Below are positions 10,215 through 19,309 of a stretch of DNA of 64,000 nt, in pieces. The stretch is taken from contig JBFHLR010000001.1 of NCBI GenBank assembly GCA_041594735.1, forward strand, positions 4,291 to 68,290, given 5' to 3'. Source of the DNA: Marinobacter sp. GTDB taxonomy: Bacteria; Pseudomonadota; Gammaproteobacteria; Pseudomonadales; Oleiphilaceae. Under the pieces are notes generated by a model. That model did no database searches, was not told where the DNA came from, and saw only the letters and a list, made by a program, of their open reading frames with translations. The position numbers were made by a program, and so were the translations under genes. Positions within the stretch are counted from its first letter, which is position 1. Each line of letters opens with the position of its first letter.

Positions 10215-11213
10215 TTAGAGCGTCTGGTGCTGGAGTAGGCCACGTCGTTGTCGCCTGCGTTGGCGGGCATGTCGAAGCAGCGCCAGGGGCGACAATTCCG
10301 GGACCAGCTCCAAGGCCCCGGCCTGGGACTGATAAATCAGCATTAAACCTTGGGTACTCAGGCCCAAGGGGCGACTGGGAGTCCAGCTTAGGGGGCGGCG
10401 GGGACGATAGCTGAATACACTGCGCCAGCGAGGTGGCGCTGCGATTTCCGGCGGCCAGTACCCCAGGTAACCCACTATTCCAAACAGTTGCTCCGATGAT
10501 GCCGCTTGCCAATCGATCAATGAGGCCAGCTGGTGCCGTCTCCGGTTGTAGGCATTGGCGGTGGGAGAGTTGGACTGTTGCGGGTTGGCGTCAGGCATTT
10601 GCCCCGATTCCATCAGTCTGACGAGGTCAACAATGGCTTGGGCGGCGACCCTTTCAATACGCCGCATCAGCTCATCGCGGCAATGCCCAGGCGACAGTGC
10701 ATAAGGTGTTTGCGTCAGGATGTCGCCGCAATCCAATTTGGGGCTTAGTCGGTGGATACTGACGGCGGATTGTTGAACTCCGTCAATCACTTGCCAGAGC
10801 AGGGGATTCCCGCCCCGATAGGCCGGTAGCGGAGAGGGATGGATATTGACGGCCGACAGCTTTGGCGCCTCGATCACCTCCTGGCCGAGGAAGGGCGCAG
10901 TATAGCTGATCAGAAGGTCGACATTGTGCCGTTGCAGGCACCTGGCCAGCTCGGATTGCCGTTCGGCGGAATAAGTTTCGTAGGCTAGGCCGTGGCGAAG
11001 AGCCCACTCCGGTAGAGAAATCTCCCGTCGCCACCACCCCAGCAGTCGTCTTCCCAGTTTCTCCAGCGCCGACTTGGGCGGTGCCTGGACGCCAATGACC
11101 AACTTTAAATCAGCGTGTTGAGATAGGGCGCGAATCACCTCAGAGAAGTGATTGCTGATGACGGCAACGGCCAGCCGCGAAGTGCTTGTTTGAGAGGGAG
11201 AGCTCCCTGGCAT
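10215..11213 (-). CDS. formyltransferase family protein (Fmt-like N-domain)
   Basis: NIHPSPLPAYRGGNP and SIHRL...LDCGDI 10-formyl-THF motifs; the start is uncertain (11213 chosen, frame is open to 11342). Confidence 0.8.
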   Translation of the reverse strand: MPGSSPSQTSTSRLAVAVISNHFSEVIRALSQHADLKLVIGVQAPPKSALEKLGRRLLGWWRREISLPEWALRHGLAYETYSAERQSELARCLQRHNVDLLISYTAPFLGQEVIEAPKLSAVNIHPSPLPAYRGGNPLLWQVIDGVQQSAVSIHRLSPKLDCGDILTQTPYALSPGHCRDELMRRIERVAAQAIVDLVRLMESGQMPDANPQQSNSPTANAYNRRRHQLASLIDWQAASSEQLFGIVGYLGYWPPEIAAPPRWRSVFSYRPRRPLSWTPSRPLGLSTQGLMLIYQSQAGALELVPELSPLALLRHARQRRRQRRGLLQHQTL

Positions 11214-11665
11214 AGAGTTTGTCACGGGTTCGCTCGTAGTGTATCCAACAAGACTCTGGCAGGGTGATGGCGCCCCGTCAATGTGATCCGTCGAACTGGT
11301 TATGTTGCCTTGCTGCCATTTCGCCAATCGTCCCTGGCGCAAAGTTGGTGCATCCTCTTCTAAATGAACTAATGCCAGTCACTGGTCATGCCTGGATATT
11401 TTCTTGGGGCTGCCGATCAAATCACTAAAGATGGTCTGAATCGTCACGTCCCTATTGGCGTTTTGGGCACTTGGTGTGGTTGTTTGTAACTTGCCGAACT
11501 GAGTGTGCCCCCAGGGTGGTACGGGGAATTATGGCGGGCATCAAGGGCCGAACAGGCTTATGCTATAGAGTACGTAGTCGAACGCGATTCATTGCACTTT
11601 GGCACTGACCCTGACGGCCTTGCGTCGAGCCCTCCAAGCTGGCGATATCAAAAGGGAGCAAGTCT

Positions 11666-11989
11666 ATGAGTGACCGCAAAACCGAGCTGCAGGCATTGAA
11701 GGCGGACCTGCTCGCCCGTCTCAAACGTTACCAGGCCCATCAGCATCGGGAGGACGGTGCCATCCCGCGGGATTTCGCGGAGCAGGCCATTGAGACCCAG
11801 AACGACGAAGTGGTCGATGGACTCGAAGCGGAGTCGCGCGCCGAGCTGGCACAGGTGAATCACGCCCTTGAGCGAATTGAAGCCGGGGAGGGTGACGACT
11901 GCGAGCGTTGTGGCAAGCCCATTGATCCTCGACGTCTGCAGATTCTTCCCTACACCACCTTCTGCGTCAGCTGTGCCGAAGCCAGGTGA
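11666..11989 (+). CDS. TraR/DksA C4-type zinc finger protein
   Basis: Coiled coil followed by CERCG.PI...RL..LP....CVSC; GGGAG RBS. Confidence 0.92.
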   Translation: MSDRKTELQALKADLLARLKRYQAHQHREDGAIPRDFAEQAIETQNDEVVDGLEAESRAELAQVNHALERIEAGEGDDCERCGKPIDPRRLQILPYTTFCVSCAEAR

Positions 11990-12186
11990 CGGGGTGGGCC
12001 GGAATGGGGAGTGGGCTACCCTGGCTGCTGCGCTCGAGCCACTAAAATCAGCCGTGTTCCATACCGGGCTGGTGTGATTCATGGTGCGTTGAACCAGTTC
12101 TCAATTTCTGGCCTGATGACCCGATTTGCCGATATAGATTTGAGGCACAGTTATCTTTCAGCCCCGTGGTTATCGGGTATCGTACG

Positions 12187-12230
12187 GTAACAAGATGTAA
12201 CGGTGATGTAGCAGGCTTTTCATTTGTAGC
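12187..12230. promoter_or_regulatory. helically phased GTA(A/G)C direct repeats, candidate response-regulator binding site
   Basis: GTAAC at 12187 and 12197, GTAGC at 12208 and 12226, all upstream of the C39 operon. Confidence 0.4.
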
Positions 12231-12312
12231 AAAGTCTCACCTGCGCGGCTTATGGCATCCGCTTCAGACAACCATCATCCATCACAATAATTAGAAGGAC
12301 ACCCACTTAATC

Positions 12313-13113
12313 ATGCTGCTGGTGCTGGCTGGATCCCTCATGACCTTCGCTATCGTGCAGGAGGCAACGGTTGTAGAGCCTCATGAACGGGGGGTGGTGA
12401 TTATTGAGCAGGATATCGATGCCGGCCCCATCGAGCTGCGATCCGATGTGGTGGTTGAACCTCTGGTCGAGCAGCGTTACCGCAATATTGTCCGTCAGGC
12501 CTACGACTACAGCTGCGGCAGTGCCGCGCTGACCACCGTGTTGGCCTACTACCTGGGCCGGAACCTGACCGAGCGCCAGGTGATGGAAGGCCTGCTGCAC
12601 TATGGCGAGAGTGAACGCATCGTGGAGCGAAGGGCCTTCTCCATGCTGGATATGAAACGGCTGGTGACGGCCCTTGGTTATCCTTCAGGGGGCTTTCGCG
12701 CTACCGTTGAGGATCTGGTTGATCTGGATCACCCCGCCATCGTTCCGATCCATCACGCCGGTTTCAAACATTTCGTCGTCCTGCGGACCATTCGTGACGG
12801 TCGGGTGTATCTGGCTGACCCTTCGGTGGGCAATATCTCGTTCACCCTGAGCCAGTTTGAGGAAAAATGGGACGACAATGTGCTTTTCATCGTGTTTCCG
12901 GGCAGTGAGCAGCCGTTCGATGCCCTGGAACTAAAGGAAGAAGACCTGAGATTTGTGGACGACCAGACCATGACGTTGCTGGCGTATGAGCAGATTCCGG
13001 TATTCCATGAAGCGACCGAGCGTCGCATTCAGAATTTGCTGGAACAGCAAAAGAATAATCCCGACGGCACCGTGGAGAATACCCGAAAACACCTTCATTA
13101 CCGTCGCAACTAA
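12313..13113 (+). CDS. C39 family cysteine peptidase (FapD/FilB-like)
   Basis: Q..DYSCGSAAL (Cys 12514), FKHFVV (His 12769), LADP (Asp 12817); no ABC domain; hydrophobic N-terminus. Confidence 0.92.
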   Translation: MLLVLAGSLMTFAIVQEATVVEPHERGVVIIEQDIDAGPIELRSDVVVEPLVEQRYRNIVRQAYDYSCGSAALTTVLAYYLGRNLTERQVMEGLLHYGESERIVERRAFSMLDMKRLVTALGYPSGGFRATVEDLVDLDHPAIVPIHHAGFKHFVVLRTIRDGRVYLADPSVGNISFTLSQFEEKWDDNVLFIVFPGSEQPFDALELKEEDLRFVDDQTMTLLAYEQIPVFHEATERRIQNLLEQQKNNPDGTVENTRKHLHYRRN

Positions 13114-13173
13114 ACCCCCGGAATCCAGACCCGGGTGTTAGCACCACATATAAGTATAAAGTAGGGAGTTGGG

Positions 13174-14184
13174 ATGAATCGTTGGTTCGTGCGAGGCTGT
13201 ATCCTTTGTTCGATGGCCAGTTTGCTGCCGACCTGGGCAGCGGCCCAGGAACAGGGCGTGGACAGGGCCCGGGAGGCCCTGGCCCAGCAAGAAGGGGATG
13301 AAGATGCCTCCCAGCAGTTGGAAGAAGTGTTCCAGGCGGCTGAGAAAAACTATTCACTGCAAAAGAAAGGCAGCCACTCGCTGAATTATTCCCTGGATTA
13401 TTCCTACACCAGCGATCAGCGACTGGATCTGGCGATCACCGGTGGCAGTGTGCAGAACCTGGATGTGGTGCCATCCGCCACTCACAGTTTCACCAACGCC
13501 TTTGCCTACGACTACGGCCTGCTCGACAATCTGACAGTTGGCACCCGGGTGCCGCTGGTGGTGAAGTACGATACGCAGGATGAGTTGAACGTTTACGATT
13601 TCGGCGACGTCTCTTTCACCGCCCGCTGGCAGCCTCTGGCCTATGTGCCGGGCAAGATGAGCACTACCCTGTTCGGCTCCCTATCCACCAAGACCGGCGT
13701 AAGTCCCTACGAAATTGACATCAGACGACAGCTGTCTACTGGCAGCGGCTACTACACCGTTTCCGGCGGTGCCAGCCTGTCAAAGGTGCTGGATCCAGTG
13801 GTGATCTTCGGATCTACCAGTGTCTCCTACAACTTCCCGGAGGACGACCTTAACCAGGTGCGTGGAGCCCGTTTGCTGCAAAAAGTCGAGCCGGGCTTTG
13901 GGCTTTCCGGATCGGCAGGCTTCGCCTACTCCCTTTCCTACGACATTTCCCTGAGTGTGTCCGCTCAAATCAGCTACAGCGACGAAACCGTGTTGTCGTT
14001 CAGCGACGGTTCGGAAGCGGTGGCTCAGGACCAGGTGACCGGCTTTCTCAGCATGTCTCTGGGTACCCGAGTGAGTGACACCACCATCGTCAATACCAGC
14101 CTGGGCATCGGGCTTACCGAAGATGCTCCGGACTTTTCCCTGGGGTTGTCCCTGCCCATCAATTTCTCCGGCCTTAAAGACTGA
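13174..14184 (+). CDS. outer-membrane beta-barrel transporter (FapF/FilC-like, COG4313-type)
   Basis: Signal peptide (AAA-Q), helical N-terminal segment, FGDVS, LSTGSGYY and GIGLTEDAPDF barrel motifs. Confidence 0.85.
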   Translation: MNRWFVRGCILCSMASLLPTWAAAQEQGVDRAREALAQQEGDEDASQQLEEVFQAAEKNYSLQKKGSHSLNYSLDYSYTSDQRLDLAITGGSVQNLDVVPSATHSFTNAFAYDYGLLDNLTVGTRVPLVVKYDTQDELNVYDFGDVSFTARWQPLAYVPGKMSTTLFGSLSTKTGVSPYEIDIRRQLSTGSGYYTVSGGASLSKVLDPVVIFGSTSVSYNFPEDDLNQVRGARLLQKVEPGFGLSGSAGFAYSLSYDISLSVSAQISYSDETVLSFSDGSEAVAQDQVTGFLSMSLGTRVSDTTIVNTSLGIGLTEDAPDFSLGLSLPINFSGLKD

Positions 14185-14221
14185 TCTGAGCTGATGGCGC
14201 ATTCGGGAAGGGAATAATCTC

Positions 14222-15847
14222 ATGGCAAAGCTGAGCCAGAAAAAACAGATTCTCGGGTTGATGGTGGCGGCCAGCGTCTCGTGCGGTGCGCACGCTCAAT
14301 TGGCGCAGAACCTCACCATTCACCCCAAGGCGTTGGCGCTGGGAAATGCCGTTACCGCGGATCCCCCCGGTGTCATGGCCATTCATTACAATCCGGCCGG
14401 CCTGAGCAAGCTGGATGACCGGCAACTCGAAGTAAACCTGATGAGTGTTTACCTCGACATCGACGCGGATTTCCACGCCCCCGACGGTTACGAAATCTTC
14501 GGCATCGACGGCCTGGAGATCGATCCCAACACCGGTGAGCAGCGGGACCCGGTGGCCAATTCTCACAGCCATACCAACAACGTGGCCCTATACGTGCCCG
14601 GTTACGGCATCCTGCGCACACCGCCAGGGCCCGCCATTGCCCCGTCCGTGGGCATCAGCATCAAGCGGCCGGGCTCCAAGCTGACCTTTGGTAATGCCTT
14701 TTACCTGCCCATGGCCGCCGGCTTCTATCGCGATGCGGATGATCCCGGTCGTTATCAGCCCAGGGCGACCGCGCTACAGCGGACAACCTACCTTTCCCCG
14801 ACGGTGGCCTACGAGATCAACGATGAATGGGCCGTCGGCGTAGGCATCCACCTGTCTCACATGGGCATCGCGGCGGACCAGTTCATGCGCGCCCCCAATA
14901 TGCTGCTGGGGGTGGCGGAGATTCTCCAGGATGCGTTTAACTGCGAATCCGGCAACGAGCCCCTGCAGCCCTGGATAGCCCTCTGTGGGGGTAATGTCGG
15001 CCCCTGGGACGATATCGGTGCGCTCAACATCAATGTTCAGGAAACCCTGTCACCAACCTATGCGGTGGGGGTAATGTGGGAGCCCACTGACTGGTTCAGC
15101 TGGGGCGCCAGTTATACCTCGGAAGCGGACATGAATCTCAAGGGCAGCTTTGAGATCGAGTACACCGACGACTGGTCCGGATTCTGGCAGCGACTCAACG
15201 GCTCGGTCATTGGGGCGATCACCTCGGCCATTCTCAGCCTGCCCTCGGGCGCCCCCAGGGAAGCGGGGAATGTGAGCATGGATCTGGTGTATCCCCAGCA
15301 CTTCCAGACCGGCATCAGCGTGGATGTCCATCCCAAATTGACCCTGAATGTGGACGTGGGCTGGACCGACTACAAGCAATGGGACGCCTTTGTGTTCCAG
15401 TTTGACCGCAACCTGGAATTTCTGAATGCGGCGCGCATCCTGTCGCCGGACAATGCCACCGCCAATTCGCTGCGTTTGCCGCTGGGCTTCAAGGATCAGT
15501 GGAACTGGGCATTCGGGGCGGAGTTCCATGCTTCTTCGCGACTTGACCTGCGGGCGGGTGTGGAGATCCGGGACTCGGTCATTCCCGATGATCAGCGTCA
15601 GATCATGGCGCCTTTTGGCGGCGCCAACCTCTACAGCGTCGGCCTGGGCTATCGCTGGGACAAGGACACCGAGATCGACATGAATCTGAGCTATCTGCAT
15701 TCGGTTGAGACCATCCCGGCGGACACCAGTTGTAACGTCAACTGCGACAACATTACCAACATCATCTACAACCCTTACGCCGGCCTGGATATAAAAACCT
15801 CCCTACGGGTGGTGATGGCCGGCCTCAGTTTCCGGACAAAATTCTGA
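14222..15847 (+). CDS. FadL/OmpP1-family outer-membrane protein (FilD-like)
   Basis: Signal peptide AHA-Q; ALALGNAVTAD...IHYNPAGL hatch motif; amphipathic strands; C-terminal Phe. Confidence 0.85.
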   Translation: MAKLSQKKQILGLMVAASVSCGAHAQLAQNLTIHPKALALGNAVTADPPGVMAIHYNPAGLSKLDDRQLEVNLMSVYLDIDADFHAPDGYEIFGIDGLEIDPNTGEQRDPVANSHSHTNNVALYVPGYGILRTPPGPAIAPSVGISIKRPGSKLTFGNAFYLPMAAGFYRDADDPGRYQPRATALQRTTYLSPTVAYEINDEWAVGVGIHLSHMGIAADQFMRAPNMLLGVAEILQDAFNCESGNEPLQPWIALCGGNVGPWDDIGALNINVQETLSPTYAVGVMWEPTDWFSWGASYTSEADMNLKGSFEIEYTDDWSGFWQRLNGSVIGAITSAILSLPSGAPREAGNVSMDLVYPQHFQTGISVDVHPKLTLNVDVGWTDYKQWDAFVFQFDRNLEFLNAARILSPDNATANSLRLPLGFKDQWNWAFGAEFHASSRLDLRAGVEIRDSVIPDDQRQIMAPFGGANLYSVGLGYRWDKDTEIDMNLSYLHSVETIPADTSCNVNCDNITNIIYNPYAGLDIKTSLRVVMAGLSFRTKF

Positions 15848-15885
15848 TAGGGTAAGGATTGGATTGGACACAGGGCAGAATTGAT

Positions 15886-16926
15886 ATGGGCACACGCCGA
15901 GTAGTGAGGCGGGGGTGTCTGGCGCTGGTGCTGACACTGACGACAGCGGGGCTGGCGGGTTGTCAGTCTGCGAGCGGTCTTCAGGGCCAGGGCGCGGATT
16001 ATTTTACCTGGGTGGATGAGCAGGGCCGGGTACGTCAGTCTTCGATCCAATCGCAACCGGGGCAGGTGGTGGATGATCGCCCCATCGAAACGGTTGCCTC
16101 GCAGGGGGCAGCAGCAGCTCAGCCTGAGCCGGCGGGGCATGACGAATACAACCTGGAAAACTACCCGGATGGCAACGCGCTGGAGGCCGTTGGCTTTATC
16201 CGGGAAGGGGATCCTCAGCCGTACTTTACCTGGCGCGATGCGCAGGGCAACGTCCGGGTAAGTTACTACCGTCCCGATACCCGGTCGATGGTCGAACGTG
16301 GCGTGGTCATACCCCCGGTGGCGCTGACGCCCGCCAGTGTCTTCCAGTCCGGCGACCGTGCCTCGCAACAGCCTGGGTCAGCAGAAGCGCCGGCGGCGTT
16401 CCAAGTACTCGGAATAGAGCCACCGAGTCAAAGCTACTTCCAGCGCTGGTCCAGTCAATGCTGCGATCGGCTCGGGTTGATACAGACCCAGCAATGGCAA
16501 TTGGGGCGGGAGTTTTCAGTGAATGTCGATGCCCAGTCGCCGACCCATAACTTTGTTAGCGGTCAGAGCCGGTATCGTCTGGTGCAGTTGCCGACCGACA
16601 GGTTACCTCCGAGCTTTGTGTTGCAGCTCAGATCCTTCGATGACGATGGCCTGTTCGTGCCCTCGGTGGCCTTCCTCGACAGCCGTCTTGCGCCGGTCAG
16701 GATTGTCACTGACCTGGTGGCTGCCTATACCCCGGAGTCCTGGCACAGTCACGGTTACCTGCAAGCGCACTTGCCGGTCTTTCCGGCTCGTGGGGAGCGG
16801 TGGCTGCTCCTGTACACCCGGGACGCCGACCTGAATAACCAAACCGTCGTGGACGATGGGCGCCGCCCCAGGGTCATACCCCACCGTCAAACGGGCCTGC
16901 TCAGTCTGCGCGCGACCTCGGAGTGA
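15886..16926 (+). CDS. lipoprotein with MalM-like C-terminal domain (FilE-like)
   Basis: Lipobox LAG-C; duplicated YFTWxDxQGxVR motif; LRSF....FVPSVAFLD MalM-like segment. Confidence 0.75.
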   Translation: MGTRRVVRRGCLALVLTLTTAGLAGCQSASGLQGQGADYFTWVDEQGRVRQSSIQSQPGQVVDDRPIETVASQGAAAAQPEPAGHDEYNLENYPDGNALEAVGFIREGDPQPYFTWRDAQGNVRVSYYRPDTRSMVERGVVIPPVALTPASVFQSGDRASQQPGSAEAPAAFQVLGIEPPSQSYFQRWSSQCCDRLGLIQTQQWQLGREFSVNVDAQSPTHNFVSGQSRYRLVQLPTDRLPPSFVLQLRSFDDDGLFVPSVAFLDSRLAPVRIVTDLVAAYTPESWHSHGYLQAHLPVFPARGERWLLLYTRDADLNNQTVVDDGRRPRVIPHRQTGLLSLRATSE

Positions 16927-16955
16927 GGGCGACCACCGATCCTGCCATTGCCAAC

Positions 16956-17645
16956 TCAGCCGAGGCCGGACGCCCGCCGGAAATGGGCTTTGATCAGGGC
17001 AAAGGCTTCGTTGAGGGCCTGAATGCGTTGGGTGTCGCCGCCTCGGTCCGGATGTGATGTCATGACCGCGCGACGAAACTGGCGCTTCACCGTGTCAAAC
17101 TGTTCGGGGAGAGTCTCGAAGCCAAGAACCCGGGCGGCCTGCCTCAATGCGCTGACATCCGCTGATTGGCCTACCCGGCCGGACCAGAAATCCGCCACCA
17201 TTCGCTCAATTACCTCCTCCGACAGTTGGTACTGGTCCAGGTCGAGATAGAACGCTCGCAATCCATCGGGCGAACCCGGTAGCCCGTCGCCGGCAACCTG
17301 GGTATTGGCGCCCAGTTGAATACATAGCGGCGAAATCACCAGGGATTCGCCCTGCGTCGCTAGCTGATCCCGTAGCCGGTACAGGGTGTGGAACACCAGG
17401 AAGTGCACTGGGTAAAGTTGGCTCGGCGTTGAAAAATCGACCGCTGCCAGCAATTGCCAGGGCTCGGCTTGCAACGCCTTGATCAGATCCAGCTCGGACA
17501 TGCCCTCGGGATGGTCCCGCAGCACTCTTTCAGTTGCGATCAGCAGCTGTTGGACCAACTCCGTGAGTCGGCGGTGACAGCGGCGATCGTCAGGCGGTTG
17601 GGGTGCTGCAGGGGTGGCGTTCATGGCAAACAGCTTACTGAACAC
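16956..17645 (-). CDS. DnaJ-related protein with C-terminal J-domain
   Basis: HFLVFHTLYRL and LRAFYLD N-domain; HPDRGG J-domain motif. Confidence 0.88.
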   Translation of the reverse strand: MFSKLFAMNATPAAPQPPDDRRCHRRLTELVQQLLIATERVLRDHPEGMSELDLIKALQAEPWQLLAAVDFSTPSQLYPVHFLVFHTLYRLRDQLATQGESLVISPLCIQLGANTQVAGDGLPGSPDGLRAFYLDLDQYQLSEEVIERMVADFWSGRVGQSADVSALRQAARVLGFETLPEQFDTVKRQFRRAVMTSHPDRGGDTQRIQALNEAFALIKAHFRRASGLG

Positions 17646-17652
17646 CGGGTAA

Positions 17653-18297
17653 TCATGAAAGCTCAGTCAGGTGTTCCAGGCCGCCGAGAAACAGGCGAGT
17701 GGCAAATTTAGCGGCCCTGCGGGATTCCAGTTCACCGGCCTGTGGGTCGACGTTGGCCCGGTGCGCCACTTTGACCGACAGTTCCAGCGCGACGCCGAAG
17801 AAGGCCGCGCACAGGTAATCCACATCCACCGGGGGCAGCAGGCCGCGGTCGATGGCGGTGCGGACGTCCTCCTCCAGGGTTAGCATGGTGAGCCCCATGA
17901 TGCCGGAGCCAAACAGCTTTTTGATCGCCTGATCATTGCGATGAGCCAGCTCGTACACCAGCGGGTCTTGCGCGGTAGCGCGGAACAGCGCCAGGTAGGT
18001 GGATTCGATGAAATCCTCAGTACTGTCAGCGCTCCGCCGCAATTGGCCGAGGGCATCGTTCTGATGATTGAGGAAATCCGTCAGCAGGGCGACAAAAATG
18101 TCCTCTTTGCTGGCGAAATAGTTGTAGAAGGTGCCAGCGGCCAGTCGCGTCTGGCGAACAATGTCGCGGATGGTGGTGTTCTCGAATCCTTTCTCGCGAA
18201 AACAGGTACGCGCGGCCTCCAGGATGGCTCGGCGGTTGTTGATTCGATTGCGTTCCCGCTTGCCCAGCGGACGTTGGTGGGTTTCCAGTATATCCAT
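17653..18297 (-). CDS. TetR/AcrR family regulator
   Basis: [19 protein letters not shown]......GTFYNYF.SKE HTH. Confidence 0.93.
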   Translation of the reverse strand: MDILETHQRPLGKRERNRINNRRAILEAARTCFREKGFENTTIRDIVRQTRLAAGTFYNYFASKEDIFVALLTDFLNHQNDALGQLRRSADSTEDFIESTYLALFRATAQDPLVYELAHRNDQAIKKLFGSGIMGLTMLTLEEDVRTAIDRGLLPPVDVDYLCAAFFGVALELSVKVAHRANVDPQAGELESRRAAKFATRLFLGGLEHLTELS

Positions 18298-18369
18298 AAC
18301 TGTATCCTGTCCTTGGATTTCAGGCCCGAGTATAATGCCCCGTTCATTGACCGATCGAACTTAGCCTGT

Positions 18370-19299
18370 ATGCCTGACGTAATGACTGTGTCTGACGACG
18401 TATCCACCACCAACCCGCTCGAACCGCAGGCGGCGGAAGCGGCCCGGAAACAGAAGCTCGAACTCAACAAGCTCCAGAAGCGCCTGCGCCGGGAAGTGGG
18501 GCAGGCCATTGCCGATTTCTCCATGATTGAAGCTGGCGACAAGGTCATGTGCTGCCTGAGCGGCGGCAAGGACTCCTACGCCATGCTAGACATACTGCTC
18601 AATCTGCAGAAAAGCGCGCCCGTGTCCTTCGAACTTATTGCGGTCAATCTGGATCAGAAGCAACCCGGATTTCCCGAAGAGGTTCTGCCGGAATACTTGG
18701 CCAAACTAGGTATTGAGTATCATATTATAGAAAAAGATACCTACAGTATTGTCAAAGAAAAAGTTCCCGAAGGGAAGACCACCTGCGGCCTTTGTTCACG
18801 GCTACGTCGCGGAATTCTCTACAATTTTGCCGAGGAGCACGGGGTTACAAAAATTGCCCTGGGCCATCATCGGGACGATTTGCTGGAAACCCTGTTCCTC
18901 AACATGTTTTATGGCGGCAAGCTGAAAACCATGCCGCCCATGCTTCACAGTGACGACGGGCGCAATACGGTTATCCGGCCGCTGGCCTACTGTCGGGAAA
19001 AAGACCTTGCCCGTTACGCTGTCCTGAGAGATTTCCCCATCATCCCCTGCAATCTGTGTGGATCTCAGGAGAATCTGCAGCGCCAGGTGATCAAGGATAT
19101 GCTGCAGGCCTGGGATAAACAGAACCCCGGTCGGCTGGAGAGCATGTTCCGGGCCATCTGCAACGTCGAGCCGTCCCACCTGGCCGACACCAGCCTGTTC
19201 GATTTTCGTAACGGCCGATTGTCGGCGGGGCGTTCTGACGACGCGGTCAGTGCTGAGGCTGAGCAGGATTATGGTCGCCTGGATGTGCTGAATATCTGA
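18370..19299 (+). CDS. ttcA: tRNA 2-thiocytidine(32) synthetase
   Basis: SGGKDS PP-loop, [16 protein letters not shown] and PCNLCGSQ; the start could also be 18382 or 18388. Confidence 0.96.
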   Translation: MPDVMTVSDDVSTTNPLEPQAAEAARKQKLELNKLQKRLRREVGQAIADFSMIEAGDKVMCCLSGGKDSYAMLDILLNLQKSAPVSFELIAVNLDQKQPGFPEEVLPEYLAKLGIEYHIIEKDTYSIVKEKVPEGKTTCGLCSRLRRGILYNFAEEHGVTKIALGHHRDDLLETLFLNMFYGGKLKTMPPMLHSDDGRNTVIRPLAYCREKDLARYAVLRDFPIIPCNLCGSQENLQRQVIKDMLQAWDKQNPGRLESMFRAICNVEPSHLADTSLFDFRNGRLSAGRSDDAVSAEAEQDYGRLDVLNI

Positions 19300-19309
19300 T
19301 AAGGCGCGG

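Noticed and set aside
11343-11665. Intergenic stretch examined for a tRNA, att site or precursor peptide at the edge of the accessory cluster
   Set aside because: I found no cloverleaf, no flanking direct repeat by eye, and only tiny ORFs without an RBS.
17941-18369. Long N-terminal extension of ttcA in the ORF track
   Set aside because: It overlaps the divergent TetR gene, and TtcA similarity begins only after about 18370. The track extensions of ccoN, dsbD, nudJ, cspD, hflD and icd were trimmed in the same way.
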